Below are positions 28,163 to 37,069 of a stretch of DNA of 64,000 bases, piece after piece. Numbering within the stretch: the stretch's first letter is position 1; each line of letters starts with the position of its first letter. The position numbers and the translations under genes were made by a program. The notes under the pieces are model-generated. The model was not told the origin of the DNA, did no database searches, and saw only the letters and a program-made list of their open reading frames with translations. The stretch lies in the sequence record NC_019410.1, one strand, 5' to 3'.

Positions 28163-28480
28163 ATGAGCCTGCTGGCCATCTATTTGACGGGCGCGGCGCT
28201 CACCGGCGCGGCGACGGCCGTCTACCTCTTCAAGGTCCGGGCGCCGGCGACCAAGGAGACCTACACCACCACCTGGGGCTATGTCGAAACCGACGACGTC
28301 AACGAGACCGGCAACCACCTGGGGGCGATCCTCCTGATGGCGCTCTTCTGGTTCGTCATGGTTCCGATGGGGATCGTCATGGGCCTCTGGCATCTGCTGG
28401 TCCGCGCCGTAGACAAGGCTTGGCGCCGCCGCACGTCGCGCCGCGAGAAGACGCACGTCGGCACCCATCGCTATCTGTGA
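28163..28480 (+). CDS. membrane protein (105 aa, 2 TM)
   Basis: GGAGG RBS; two hydrophobic segments. Confidence 0.7.
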   Translation: MSLLAIYLTGAALTGAATAVYLFKVRAPATKETYTTTWGYVETDDVNETGNHLGAILLMALFWFVMVPMGIVMGLWHLLVRAVDKAWRRRTSRREKTHVGTHRYL

Positions 28481-28496
28481 TCGCCGCCAGCCCGGC

Positions 28497-28538
28497 TGGC
28501 TTCAGTGTGTTGACGGCGCGTCGCTCGCCCGCTAAGAA
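28497..28538 (+). promoter_or_regulatory. promoter (TGGC class, no GACGACAAC box)
   Basis: TGGC-N9-TTGACG(28510)-N17-TAAGAA. Confidence 0.65.
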
Positions 28539-28596
28539 GGGCTGACGGTCACGCTCTGGCTGCATGAATTTTCAATCCGAAAGAGGCCTTAAGTAC

Positions 28597-30627
28597 ATGG
28601 ATTTCCACGTCTTTAAGACGGCCGTCGCCAAGCAGTGGGCCGCGATGACCAAGGATGACGCGACCCTGTTCCGCGTCGACGTCGACAAGGACCTCCTGTG
28701 GTCGACCTATCTGGGGGCGTTCCCGGCCGGGACCGATCCGATCTTCCGCGAGCGCTCCGAGCACGACTGCTCGTGCTGCCGCAACTTCATCCGCAACGCC
28801 GGCGACGCCGTGGCGGTGGTGAACGGCCAGATCGTCACGATCTGGGATGGCAAAATCGAGGGCGAGCCGGCCTACCAGCAAGTCGCCGCCACCCTGGCGG
28901 CCCTGGTCCGCTCGCGCCCGGTGCGCGACATCTTCCTGCACGACCAGAAGACCATCGGGACCGACAAGAACGTCGAGACCATGCTGGGCGGCGACATCAC
29001 CTGGAACCACTTCTTCGTCAATGTCCCCTCGCGCTTCGTCAAGAAGGGCAAGGACATCCCGACCGCGCTCCACATCCCGCGCACCGCGCAGGAGACGCTT
29101 CTGCGCGCCGTGACCGAGATCACCGACGAGGCGATCGACACGGTGCTGGACCTGATCGCCCAGAACGCGCTCTATCGCGGGGCCGAGCATAAGTCGGCGG
29201 TGGTGGCGTTCCAGAAGGCCAAGAAGACCTTCGAGGGCCTGTCGGCCGCCGACAAGGCGCTGAAGGCCTGGGTCAACGTCACCAACGGCGAAATCTGGGG
29301 CTCGGTCTCCGGCATCCGGAGCACGGTGATCGGCTCGCTGCTGGTCGACCTGTCGGCTGACGTCGACCTGGAGGACGCGGTCAAGAAGTTCGAGGCCAAG
29401 GTCGCGCCGCACAACTACAAGCGCACGACCGCCCTGGTGACCAAGAAGCAGATCGAGAACGCCAAGAAGACGATCTCCGACCTGGGCCTGACTTCGGCCC
29501 TGGAGCGGCGCTACGCCGTCCTCAAGGACGTGTCGATCAACGACGTGCTGTTCGCCGACCGCGACGCCAAGTCGGTGATGAACGATGTCTTCGACGATCT
29601 GGCCGCCGACGTCGCCGAGAAGGCCAAGTCCTACGACAAGGTCGAGGAGGTCTCGATCGACAAGTTCCTGTCCGACATCCTCCCGAGGGTGTCGAGCGTC
29701 GAGGCCCTGGTCGAGAACCGCCTGACGAGCAATTTCGTCAGCCTGATCGCGCCGGTCGATCCGACCGCCGGCTCCCTCTTCAAGTGGGGGAACAACTTCT
29801 CCTGGTCCTATGCCGGGGAGGTGGCGGACTCGATCAAGGCCCGCGTCAAGGCGGCCGGCGGCAACGTCACCGGCGATCTCTGCTGCCGTCTGGCGTGGTT
29901 CAACTATGACGACCTCGACTTCCACATGAAGGAGCCGGGCGGTAACCTGATCTACTTCCGCCAGAAGTCCTCGCCCTACACGGGCGGGCGCCTCGACGTC
30001 GACATGAACGCCGGCGGGGGCCATACCCGCGAGCCGGTCGAGAACATCTTCTACGGCGATCGCCGGACGATGAAGGAAGGCGTCTACGAACTGATGGTCC
30101 ATCAGTTCAGCAAGCGCGAGTCCAGCAACGTCGGCTTCGAGGTGGAGATCGACTACCTGGGCTCGATCACCCGCTACGCCTACACCACGGCCCTGCGCCA
30201 GGAGCAGGTCGTCAAGGTGGCGCAGTTCAAGTACAGCCACGCGCGCGGCATCGAGTTCATCTCCTCGCTCCCGGCCTCGTCGGCGAGCAAGGACGTCTGG
30301 GGCGTCAAGACCGAGACCTTCCGCAGGGTCAACGTCATCATGCTCTCGCCCAACCACTGGGAAGGCGAGCCGGGCGTGGGGAACAAGCACTGGTTCTTCA
30401 TGCTGGACGGGGGCGTCAACGAGGACGGCGCTCGCGGCTTCTACAACGAGTTCCTGAAGGATAGCCTCACGCCCCACCGTCGCGTCTTCGAGATGCTGGG
30501 GTCCAAGCTGAAGCCCGCGCCGGCGGCTGAACAACTCTCCGGCCTGGGCTTCTCCTCGACCAAGCGCGACGAACTCGTCGTGCGCGTCAAGGGGGCCTTC
30601 ACCCGTACCCTCAAGATCAAATTCTAA
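28597..30627 (+). CDS. large conserved phage protein (~676 aa), C-terminal YfaP/DUF2135-like beta-sandwich
   Basis: AAGAGG RBS before ATG 28597; HDCSCC near N-term; RLAWFNYDDLDFHMKEP...LDVDMNAG...PVENI...GVYELMVHQF. Confidence 0.75.
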   Translation: MDFHVFKTAVAKQWAAMTKDDATLFRVDVDKDLLWSTYLGAFPAGTDPIFRERSEHDCSCCRNFIRNAGDAVAVVNGQIVTIWDGKIEGEPAYQQVAATLAALVRSRPVRDIFLHDQKTIGTDKNVETMLGGDITWNHFFVNVPSRFVKKGKDIPTALHIPRTAQETLLRAVTEITDEAIDTVLDLIAQNALYRGAEHKSAVVAFQKAKKTFEGLSAADKALKAWVNVTNGEIWGSVSGIRSTVIGSLLVDLSADVDLEDAVKKFEAKVAPHNYKRTTALVTKKQIENAKKTISDLGLTSALERRYAVLKDVSINDVLFADRDAKSVMNDVFDDLAADVAEKAKSYDKVEEVSIDKFLSDILPRVSSVEALVENRLTSNFVSLIAPVDPTAGSLFKWGNNFSWSYAGEVADSIKARVKAAGGNVTGDLCCRLAWFNYDDLDFHMKEPGGNLIYFRQKSSPYTGGRLDVDMNAGGGHTREPVENIFYGDRRTMKEGVYELMVHQFSKRESSNVGFEVEIDYLGSITRYAYTTALRQEQVVKVAQFKYSHARGIEFISSLPASSASKDVWGVKTETFRRVNVIMLSPNHWEGEPGVGNKHWFFMLDGGVNEDGARGFYNEFLKDSLTPHRRVFEMLGSKLKPAPAAEQLSGLGFSSTKRDELVVRVKGAFTRTLKIKF

Positions 30628-30646
30628 CGGAAGGACCTGAAAGACC

Positions 30647-31069
30647 ATGAGCACCGATCTCTTCGAAATCGCCGCGCGCGAGAAGTTCCGCTTCGACAGC
30701 CCCAAGGGCGACCTGGGCGTGGAAGAACTGTTCGACCTGCCGCTGACCAGCACCGTCGCCGGCAAGGCCAACCTGAACGACATCGCCGTCGACCTGTTCA
30801 AGCAGATCAAGGACCTCGACAACATCTCGTTCGTCACGCCCAAGAAGGTCGACCCCTCGATCGGCCAGCGCCTGGACATCGTCAAGCGGGTGATCGAGAT
30901 CAAGCAGGCCGAGAACGCGGCAAAGCTGAAGACCGCCCAGGACAAGGAGACCCTGCGCATCCTGGACGAGGCGATCGCCGCCAAGAAGTCCGAGAAGATC
31001 GCCGGCACCTCGCTGGAAGACCTGGAAGCCCAGCGCGCGGCCCTGCTCTCGGGCGGCGCCTCGGCCTAG
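30647..31069 (+). CDS. phage hypothetical protein (140 aa), coiled-coil C-terminus
   Basis: LFEIAAREKFRFDSPKGDLGVEELFDLPL; AAGGA RBS. Confidence 0.75.
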   Translation: MSTDLFEIAAREKFRFDSPKGDLGVEELFDLPLTSTVAGKANLNDIAVDLFKQIKDLDNISFVTPKKVDPSIGQRLDIVKRVIEIKQAENAAKLKTAQDKETLRILDEAIAAKKSEKIAGTSLEDLEAQRAALLSGGASA

Positions 31070-31094
31070 CCTCCGGGCGGGCTGACATAGGCGC

Positions 31095-31148
31095 TTGACA
31101 ACACTCTCGCGCCAACATAGAAGGGCCTCCGACGACAACGCCGGAGGC
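31095..31148 (+). promoter_or_regulatory. phage promoter cassette (28-bp identical core, copy 2)
   Basis: TTGACAACACTCTCGCGCCAACATAGAA-N6-CGACGACAAC-GCCGGAGG. Confidence 0.85.
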
Positions 31149-31155
31149 CCTTTTC

Positions 31156-31464
31156 ATGTCCGAGATTAGCTGCACCACGCCGGTTCCGAATAATCCGCGC
31201 TACGTGATTGTTACCGTCGATGGTCGGAAATATCGTTTCTCAGCGGCTGAGCGACGCCGACGCGGCGATGTCGTGATCAACTATGTGCTCGGAAGTCGAA
31301 AGGGCAAATGGGGCCAGTCGACCGATTGGGTCTCCCTGCCCCAAGGCCCCAAGCGCCGGACGGTGGTCTCCTCGGCCGCCGAGTTCCTCGCTTCGTCCCC
31401 AGACATTCCGGCTGAAGAACAGTCGGTCTGGGCCGGCGTCGCCTTTGCGAACCTCGCCCAATGA
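31156..31464 (+). CDS. hypothetical protein (102 aa), atypical codon usage
   Basis: GGAGG RBS; many A/T-ending codons. Confidence 0.6.
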   Translation: MSEISCTTPVPNNPRYVIVTVDGRKYRFSAAERRRRGDVVINYVLGSRKGKWGQSTDWVSLPQGPKRRTVVSSAAEFLASSPDIPAEEQSVWAGVAFANLAQ

Positions 31465-31913
31465 CCTATCCCATCCAGATCGATCCCGCGATCCTCGCCC
31501 TGGGCGCCGCCTGGAAGGCGGCTGACATCCTGGAGCGCGACCTGCGCGCCAAATGGACCTACGACAGCCACGACCGCGCCACCTACGAGGCCTGGAAGCT
31601 CGCCGACGACGCGCGCAACGCCGCCTTCAAGGCGATGACCAGCGCCCTGCCCGATCCGGGCAAGCCGGTGTTCATCAGTCCCACCGACTGGCTGGCCCAG
31701 CAGGACAACTGGCGCACCTACTATGCGCCGGTGAAGGCCTGGAACTCGGCGCCGCACTGGAACAACTGGTACCCGTGCCTGGGCCACTATGAGTTCAACG
31801 CCCGCACCGGCGAGCACTTCTACCGTGGGGCCGAGATGTACGACCGCTGCATCGAGGAGGCCGTCCGGCGCAATGCCGAGTACGCGGCATACTACGCCAA
31901 GAAGGCCGCCTGA
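31461..31913 (+). CDS. hypothetical Trp/Tyr-rich protein (150 aa)
   Basis: ATGA coupling. Confidence 0.7.
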   Translation: MTYPIQIDPAILALGAAWKAADILERDLRAKWTYDSHDRATYEAWKLADDARNAAFKAMTSALPDPGKPVFISPTDWLAQQDNWRTYYAPVKAWNSAPHWNNWYPCLGHYEFNARTGEHFYRGAEMYDRCIEEAVRRNAEYAAYYAKKAA

Positions 31914-31914
31914 C

Positions 31915-32163
31915 ATGACCAAGTCCGTCCAGGTCCAGCGCGGCAAGACCACCTACCACGTCACCTTCGACGAGGCCGGGCAGGTCTCGTCGATCATCGG
32001 CGTCGCGGTGGTCGGCAAGGTCCCGCGCTACAAGGGCGGCACGCGCCGCGTCACCTATTCCGGCGCCAGCAACGGCTGGCACGCCAGCGCCGGCCGCCCC
32101 ATCCCCATGCAGCTTCGCCCGATCGCGGACGAGGCGTTCCAGATCAAGGAGGCCCAGTCTTGA
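31915..32163 (+). CDS. hypothetical protein (82 aa)
   Basis: Trimmed to MTKSVQ. Confidence 0.65.
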   Translation: MTKSVQVQRGKTTYHVTFDEAGQVSSIIGVAVVGKVPRYKGGTRRVTYSGASNGWHASAGRPIPMQLRPIADEAFQIKEAQS

Positions 32164-32969
32164 GCGACTTCCAGCTTTCCGCCCAGCACCAGCGGATCGT
32201 CAACAACACGATCGACGCGCTGGACTATCTCTTTCGGCGCAATGGCGAGCCGTCCTCGGGCGGCGAGATGCCGTTCAACCGGCTCGATCTCGGGAGCATC
32301 GCCGACAACATCTCGGCCGTCCTGGCGGTGCTCCCCAGCCACGCCGACATCCTGACGAAGTACCTCTTCATCGCCCAGGGGTTGCTTCGCGAGATCGCCA
32401 ACTACCACGCGGGCGACACCCTGGCGCTCGACCTGCGCCGGATGGCGCAAGCCCTGCGCCCCTTCTACAAGACCCGCGCCGCCGCTGGTCTGTCGCCGGC
32501 GGCCCAGCAGACCCTCGACTTCATGGTCGAAGGCCTGCGCTTCCTGGCCGAGAACGACTGCGAGCCTCCGTCGGGTGGCGAGCAGATGTACAACCGCATC
32601 TCGCTTCTGAGCCGCACCGGCTCGGACGCCAAGCGCCTGCGCCAGGAGGCCCCCAACCTCGACGTGGTGATCACCCAGGTCGAGGCCCTGTTCATCGACC
32701 TCTGGCATTATCGCGCCATCGCCCTGAAGGACGTCCAGGACGCCTTGGAGGCCCTGGAGCCCTACTATGTTCCGCCCGCCTGGACGGTCGCGCCGGCCCC
32801 TGCGCCGGCTAAGCCCGCCGCCCGCATCGTCTCGAAGGCCGAGGCCCTGGAACTCCTCGACCACATCGCCACGACGGCCTCCGTCCTGCGGATGCAGATG
32901 GGGCCGGCCAACGCCGACATCACACTGGAGCGGGTCAAGACGCTCGAAGCCTTCGTCAATCAGCAATAG
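32160..32969 (+). CDS. hypothetical protein (269 aa) with an internal tandem duplication
   Basis: Two copies of T(I/L)D...EP(S/P)SGGE..(F/Y)NR..L; AAGGAGG RBS, TTG start. Confidence 0.7.
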   Translation: MSDFQLSAQHQRIVNNTIDALDYLFRRNGEPSSGGEMPFNRLDLGSIADNISAVLAVLPSHADILTKYLFIAQGLLREIANYHAGDTLALDLRRMAQALRPFYKTRAAAGLSPAAQQTLDFMVEGLRFLAENDCEPPSGGEQMYNRISLLSRTGSDAKRLRQEAPNLDVVITQVEALFIDLWHYRAIALKDVQDALEALEPYYVPPAWTVAPAPAPAKPAARIVSKAEALELLDHIATTASVLRMQMGPANADITLERVKTLEAFVNQQ

Positions 32970-32978
32970 GGGGCCAGC

Positions 32979-33428
32979 ATGACCACTCCGCTCTGCCTGA
33001 ATCCGGACGGCGCCGACTTCCAGGCCCAGGCCGTCCTCGCCCTGGTCCGCTTCATCATCGGCGACGACTTCGAGCCGTCCTGGAACGCGGCGAAGCAGGT
33101 CTTCGAGGGCGAGCCCCAAGTCGCCCGCTTCGATAGCCCGCGCTGCCACGGCTACGTGATCTGGCTGGTCGATCACCGCGCGGCGGTGTTCGGCGGCGAA
33201 CCCCGGCAGATCAACATCACCCTCTACCAACACGGGGTCAGCGACGAGATCGTCATCAACGCGTGGCTGGGCGAAACCAACCGCTGGATGGTCCCGACCT
33301 ATCACGACATGCCCGGCCTCGATCTGATGTTCAGGCACGTGACCTTCCGCTGCCTGGACGTCAAGTCGGCCGCCTACTACGTCGCCGACCTGATGAAGGA
33401 GTTCTGGGCCGAGGGCTCGCCGCGATGA
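32979..33428 (+). CDS. hypothetical protein (149 aa)
   Basis: ORF track. Confidence 0.65.
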   Translation: MTTPLCLNPDGADFQAQAVLALVRFIIGDDFEPSWNAAKQVFEGEPQVARFDSPRCHGYVIWLVDHRAAVFGGEPRQINITLYQHGVSDEIVINAWLGETNRWMVPTYHDMPGLDLMFRHVTFRCLDVKSAAYYVADLMKEFWAEGSPR

Positions 33429-33727
33429 GCGACCACGATGCCTGCCTGACCAACTGGGTCCTCTGCGACGCGCCCGGCGGCGGGCTGGTGGTGATCGGCG
33501 AAATCATGGCCGACAAGCGCGGACGCTGGCCGGACGGGCGGCTCATCCATACCTCGCTCCTCCAGGCCAAGGCCGAGGCGGTGGCGCCGGGCGCGGTGGT
33601 CGCCACGCTCAACTCCCGCTACATCCTCGGGCGCAAGGCCGAGGAGATCACCGTCCGTCACTTCGTCGGGGCGATGCTCGCCCGCGTCGCGATCAGACCG
33701 CTTGACAACACTCTCGCGCCAACATAG
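33425..33727 (+). CDS. hypothetical protein (100 aa)
   Basis: ATGA coupling; GEI...RWPDGRLIHTS...TLNSRYILG. Confidence 0.65.
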   Translation: MSDHDACLTNWVLCDAPGGGLVVIGEIMADKRGRWPDGRLIHTSLLQAKAEAVAPGAVVATLNSRYILGRKAEEITVRHFVGAMLARVAIRPLDNTLAPT

Positions 33728-33790
33728 AAGGGTCCTCGACGACAACGGCTGTCCGAAATTTGTAGACGGATTTCGGACATAGAGGAGCAA
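33702..33790 (+). promoter_or_regulatory. phage promoter cassette (28-bp identical core, copy 3) with hairpin in leader
   Basis: Core 33702-33729; GACGACAAC 33738; TGTCCGAAAT-N10-ATTTCGGACA 33750-33779; AGAGGAG RBS. Confidence 0.85.
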
Positions 33791-33794
33791 CCCG

Positions 33795-34178
33795 ATGGCC
33801 CAGCGCCTGAAGATCAAGGAAGTCGTGGTGGCGCAGCAGGACGCTGTCTACCACTGGCGTGGTGAGGAAGGCGACGAGTATCAGGTCATGAGCCTCGTCC
33901 ACGTCCAGACCCTGGACGGCCGCTGGTTCCTGATGCCGGCCATGCGCCCCTACACCCGCGCCGAGGAGGCCGCGTTCGACGAGGCCTGCGGCGAAATCCT
34001 GTTCGGGATGAAGACCCGCTACTCGGACCCGCAGGCCTTCGCCGCCATCGTCCGCGCCGCCGGCTCGATCGATCCTGATCTGTGGGTCGAGTATCAGCCC
34101 GACACCCGCACCCTGGAAGAGAAGTTCCACGACGACTGGGTCGAGGAACAGTTCGACCGCCAACGCTTCGCCGCCTGA
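33795..34178 (+). CDS. hypothetical protein (127 aa)
   Basis: Strong RBS. Confidence 0.75.
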   Translation: MAQRLKIKEVVVAQQDAVYHWRGEEGDEYQVMSLVHVQTLDGRWFLMPAMRPYTRAEEAAFDEACGEILFGMKTRYSDPQAFAAIVRAAGSIDPDLWVEYQPDTRTLEEKFHDDWVEEQFDRQRFAA

Positions 34179-34188
34179 GGAGGACCCG

Positions 34189-34656
34189 ATGAGCTACCAA
34201 CAAGCCCTGATGGACGCCCAGGCCGCGTTCCACGCCCACGAGATGGACGTCAACGACCGCGCCTGGGAGCGCTGGCTCAAGAAGCTGGAGGACGTCCTCG
34301 GCTTCGACGTCGACGCCGACAACTCAAAGGAGGCCAAGGCCTTCTACTGCGACATGGGCTACTCGCTCGACGAGACCTTCGAGATGTTCGACAAGGGCAT
34401 GAGTGTCGAGCAGGCCCGCGTCGCCATCCTGCGCGCGTGCTACGAGGCCGCCGCCCGCGCCGCCGGCGTGGGCCTGGACGCCCTGGTCGAGGCCGAGGCG
34501 CGCGCCGTCGCCACCCGCGACGCCCTGCCTGAAAAGCGCAAGGTGGACCGCGAGCAGTACGCCCGCTACGCCGAACTGCTGGGCAAGATGATCGCCCGCA
34601 TCCGCGAGGTCGGCGACGACTCGGGCGCGGCGCTTGAGAAGGCGTTCGGCCAATGA
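34189..34656 (+). CDS. hypothetical protein (155 aa)
   Basis: GAGGAGG RBS. Confidence 0.75.
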   Translation: MSYQQALMDAQAAFHAHEMDVNDRAWERWLKKLEDVLGFDVDADNSKEAKAFYCDMGYSLDETFEMFDKGMSVEQARVAILRACYEAAARAAGVGLDALVEAEARAVATRDALPEKRKVDREQYARYAELLGKMIARIREVGDDSGAALEKAFGQ

Positions 34657-34880
34657 GCGGCGGTCTCCACATGCGCCGAATCGATCACCCGCCGGGCCAT
34701 GAGCTTCACGGCGTCACCGAGCGCGAGTTCGAGTGGTTCGGCAAGTCCTACCACGTGCGCAAGGAGTCCGGCGCCGTGCGGGTCTGGGTCCGCAAGAAGC
34801 GTGGAAGCCACTACCGCTTCCTGTCGCGCGACAGCGTGATCGCCGCCTGCGTCCGCCAAGCCTCGGGGCTGTTCCAATGA
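34653..34880 (+). CDS. hypothetical protein (75 aa)
   Basis: ATGA coupling. Confidence 0.6.
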   Translation: MSGGLHMRRIDHPPGHELHGVTEREFEWFGKSYHVRKESGAVRVWVRKKRGSHYRFLSRDSVIAACVRQASGLFQ

Positions 34881-35269
34881 GCCGCCCGTCGATCGCGGTG
34901 GTCGCCGCCACGCCGGCCCTGGCGCCCATGCACTGGGAGATCGTCGACCTCAAGGTCTGCGACGACAGCCGGGTCAAGCTGAACGGTGATGGGACGATGT
35001 TCGCCCGCGCCGCCGACCCGACGGCGCTGGGCTGGATTCCGTTCAAGATCGTCCTGGGCTGCTTTGAGACCTTCGCCGACGCCTACGAGGCCCGCAACAA
35101 GGCCCGGTCGCTCTGGTTCAAAGCGGCCGAAACGGTCGACGCCGCCGCCGAGGCGGTGGTCGCCGCCGAACAGGCCCTGGCGCGCGCCCGCGCCGTCCAG
35201 GCCCAAGCCGAAAGCGCCCAGCGCGCGTCCTGTCGCGAGCCGTTCCTCGGCACGCCCACCGACTACTAG
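34877..35269 (+). CDS. hypothetical protein (130 aa)
   Basis: ATGA coupling; MSRPSIA. Confidence 0.65.
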   Translation: MSRPSIAVVAATPALAPMHWEIVDLKVCDDSRVKLNGDGTMFARAADPTALGWIPFKIVLGCFETFADAYEARNKARSLWFKAAETVDAAAEAVVAAEQALARARAVQAQAESAQRASCREPFLGTPTDY

Positions 35270-35277
35270 GAGGTCCC

Positions 35278-35655
35278 ATGCGCAAGCCCAAGAAGACCGA
35301 GCAGGCCTATATCGTGTCGGGGACGTGGCCGTTTCCGACCGACATGCTGCGCTACGACGACGCCCGCCCGGCGACGGAGGGCGACGCCAACCTGATCAAG
35401 GCCCTGGAGAGCGAGGACCCCTCGCTTTCGGACCTGCGCAACCGCGTCCAGATCAAGCTGATCCGCCCGGCCAACGGCCTGCCCGCCGTCAAGCGCTGGG
35501 AGTCCTTCCTCTGGAAGGTCGTGGGCGGCGACGAGGAGGTCGCGGCGGACGTGGCGTGGCGCGACGCCCTGGATAACCGCGACGCCCTGCGCAAGTCCGG
35601 CCTCGCCAAGCTGACTCCCGCCGAGCGCGCCGCGCTCAATCTCGACATCCGCTAG
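35278..35655 (+). CDS. hypothetical protein (125 aa)
   Basis: GGAGG RBS; FPTDMLRYD motif. Confidence 0.75.
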   Translation: MRKPKKTEQAYIVSGTWPFPTDMLRYDDARPATEGDANLIKALESEDPSLSDLRNRVQIKLIRPANGLPAVKRWESFLWKVVGGDEEVAADVAWRDALDNRDALRKSGLAKLTPAERAALNLDIR

Positions 35656-35669
35656 GACAAGGAGGTCCC

Positions 35670-36155
35670 ATGCCCTGCAATTCCGAATATCAACAGCCGA
35701 ACGCGCGCGAAGCCGAGTCCAAGAAGGTCGCCGGCCTGCTGGTCTATGTCCACGATAAGCTGGGCCGCACCGATCTTTCGAGCAGCATCCGTACCATCGC
35801 CAACATCTATTACGGCGCGCCCGGCCGTTGCGATGAACTGACCGAACGGCTCTGCTCGATGCTGCGCGACCTGACGCTCGATGAGCAGAACGAGGTCATC
35901 TACGACGGCCGCAATCCCAAGGCGCGCGAACTGGCCGACTGGTGGGAGCGCCACCAGGAGCATGACCGCAAGCGCGCCGAGGCCGAAGCCCAGGCCGCCA
36001 AGCCCACGCTGAAGCAAGCCGTCTCGGCGGTGATCGCCCAACTCGACTATTCGGCCGACGGCAAGGTGTTCCCGACCGAGGGGAGCGATCAGCTTCCCCC
36101 GAAGCTGGCCAAGGCCCTGAACGACATGACCGACGCCTGGAACGACGGGCGTTGA
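35670..36155 (+). CDS. phage hypothetical protein (161 aa)
   Basis: AAGGAGG RBS; MPC...LC...LADWWERHQ motif. Confidence 0.75.
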   Translation: MPCNSEYQQPNAREAESKKVAGLLVYVHDKLGRTDLSSSIRTIANIYYGAPGRCDELTERLCSMLRDLTLDEQNEVIYDGRNPKARELADWWERHQEHDRKRAEAEAQAAKPTLKQAVSAVIAQLDYSADGKVFPTEGSDQLPPKLAKALNDMTDAWNDGR

Positions 36156-36159
36156 TCGT

Positions 36160-36224
36160 TGGCTCCGATGTGTTGACAAGAAGCGGCGGCCTCCTGTAGA
36201 AGCATCCTCGACGACAACAGGAGG
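36160..36224 (+). promoter_or_regulatory. phage promoter cassette
   Basis: TGGC-N9-TTGACA(36173)-N18-TAGAAG-N6-CGACGACAAC-AGGAGG. Confidence 0.8.
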
Positions 36225-36231
36225 CCCCGCC

Positions 36232-36726
36232 TTGACCGACACCATCGCGCCTGGAACCGAGTTCGAAGACGCCGTCACCCTCGGCGTCGAGATCATCCAG
36301 TCCAAGCCGCCGCACCTGACCGCCCGTGAGGCGGTCGAGAAGTTCCAACACCAGCCGGACGAGTTCCGCCTGCTGGTGACCCGCTTCAACAAGGCGACCG
36401 CCGCCTTGCCGGCGGTGGTCCACGGCCACCAGTTGCAGTCGACCTGCGCCAAGTGGGTGCTCGACTCGGCCCAGCGGTTGATCGACCTGCCGTTCGAGAC
36501 GATCGAGCAGCGCGTGGCGTTCTACGCCAAGCAGATGACGCTCCCGGCCTATGGCTACCTGATGGATCGCTACAAGGACCGGCTCGACGCCAAGATCGCC
36601 ATCATCCGGGCCTGCCTGGAAGACCGCAACCACGTCGGCGCCAGCTACAACCTGGGCATCCTGGAAGAGGACTTCCAGGAGATGGTCGACCGTCACGACG
36701 ATCTGGTCTCGGACGGCTACCCTTGA
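36232..36726 (+). CDS. hypothetical protein (164 aa)
   Basis: TTG start after AGGAGG. Confidence 0.7.
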   Translation: MTDTIAPGTEFEDAVTLGVEIIQSKPPHLTAREAVEKFQHQPDEFRLLVTRFNKATAALPAVVHGHQLQSTCAKWVLDSAQRLIDLPFETIEQRVAFYAKQMTLPAYGYLMDRYKDRLDAKIAIIRACLEDRNHVGASYNLGILEEDFQEMVDRHDDLVSDGYP

Positions 36727-36798
36727 TGGGCGCTTGCAGCCGTCACAACTCCAGCCTAGCTTCCTCGCGCCGCGCTGTTGCGGTCATGAGGATTCGAA

Positions 36799-37059
36799 AT
36801 GGACAGGCTGAAAGTCAAGCTCTTCGCCAAGGGGATTCATACCTCGGCCGAGGCCCTGGTCGATGCGATCGCGGCGCTTCCGGAGGGGCCGGAGAAGGAT
36901 GCGGTGGTCGCGGCCGAGAAGCAGTTGCACGCGCGGCTGAACTGGGGCGCGGCGAAGGCCGGCGAGTTCTTCGGGGACGAGTCGATCTCGCTCCTGGCGC
37001 GGCGCCGCACTGGCGGCGAGGACAAGCCGGACGCCCCCGAGGTTCCGCCCGGCGGCTGA
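36799..37059 (+). CDS. small helical protein with Pro/Gly-rich tail (86 aa)
   Basis: GAGG RBS; ends TGGEDKPDAPEVPPGG. Confidence 0.7.
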   Translation: MDRLKVKLFAKGIHTSAEALVDAIAALPEGPEKDAVVAAEKQLHARLNWGAAKAGEFFGDESISLLARRRTGGEDKPDAPEVPPGG

Positions 37060-37069
37060 CGGGTGCGTC

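Noticed and set aside
36799-37059. Lasso-peptide precursor (T-G|GEDKPDAPE...)
   Set aside because: No lasso B protease or C cyclase genes nearby; leader too long and helical
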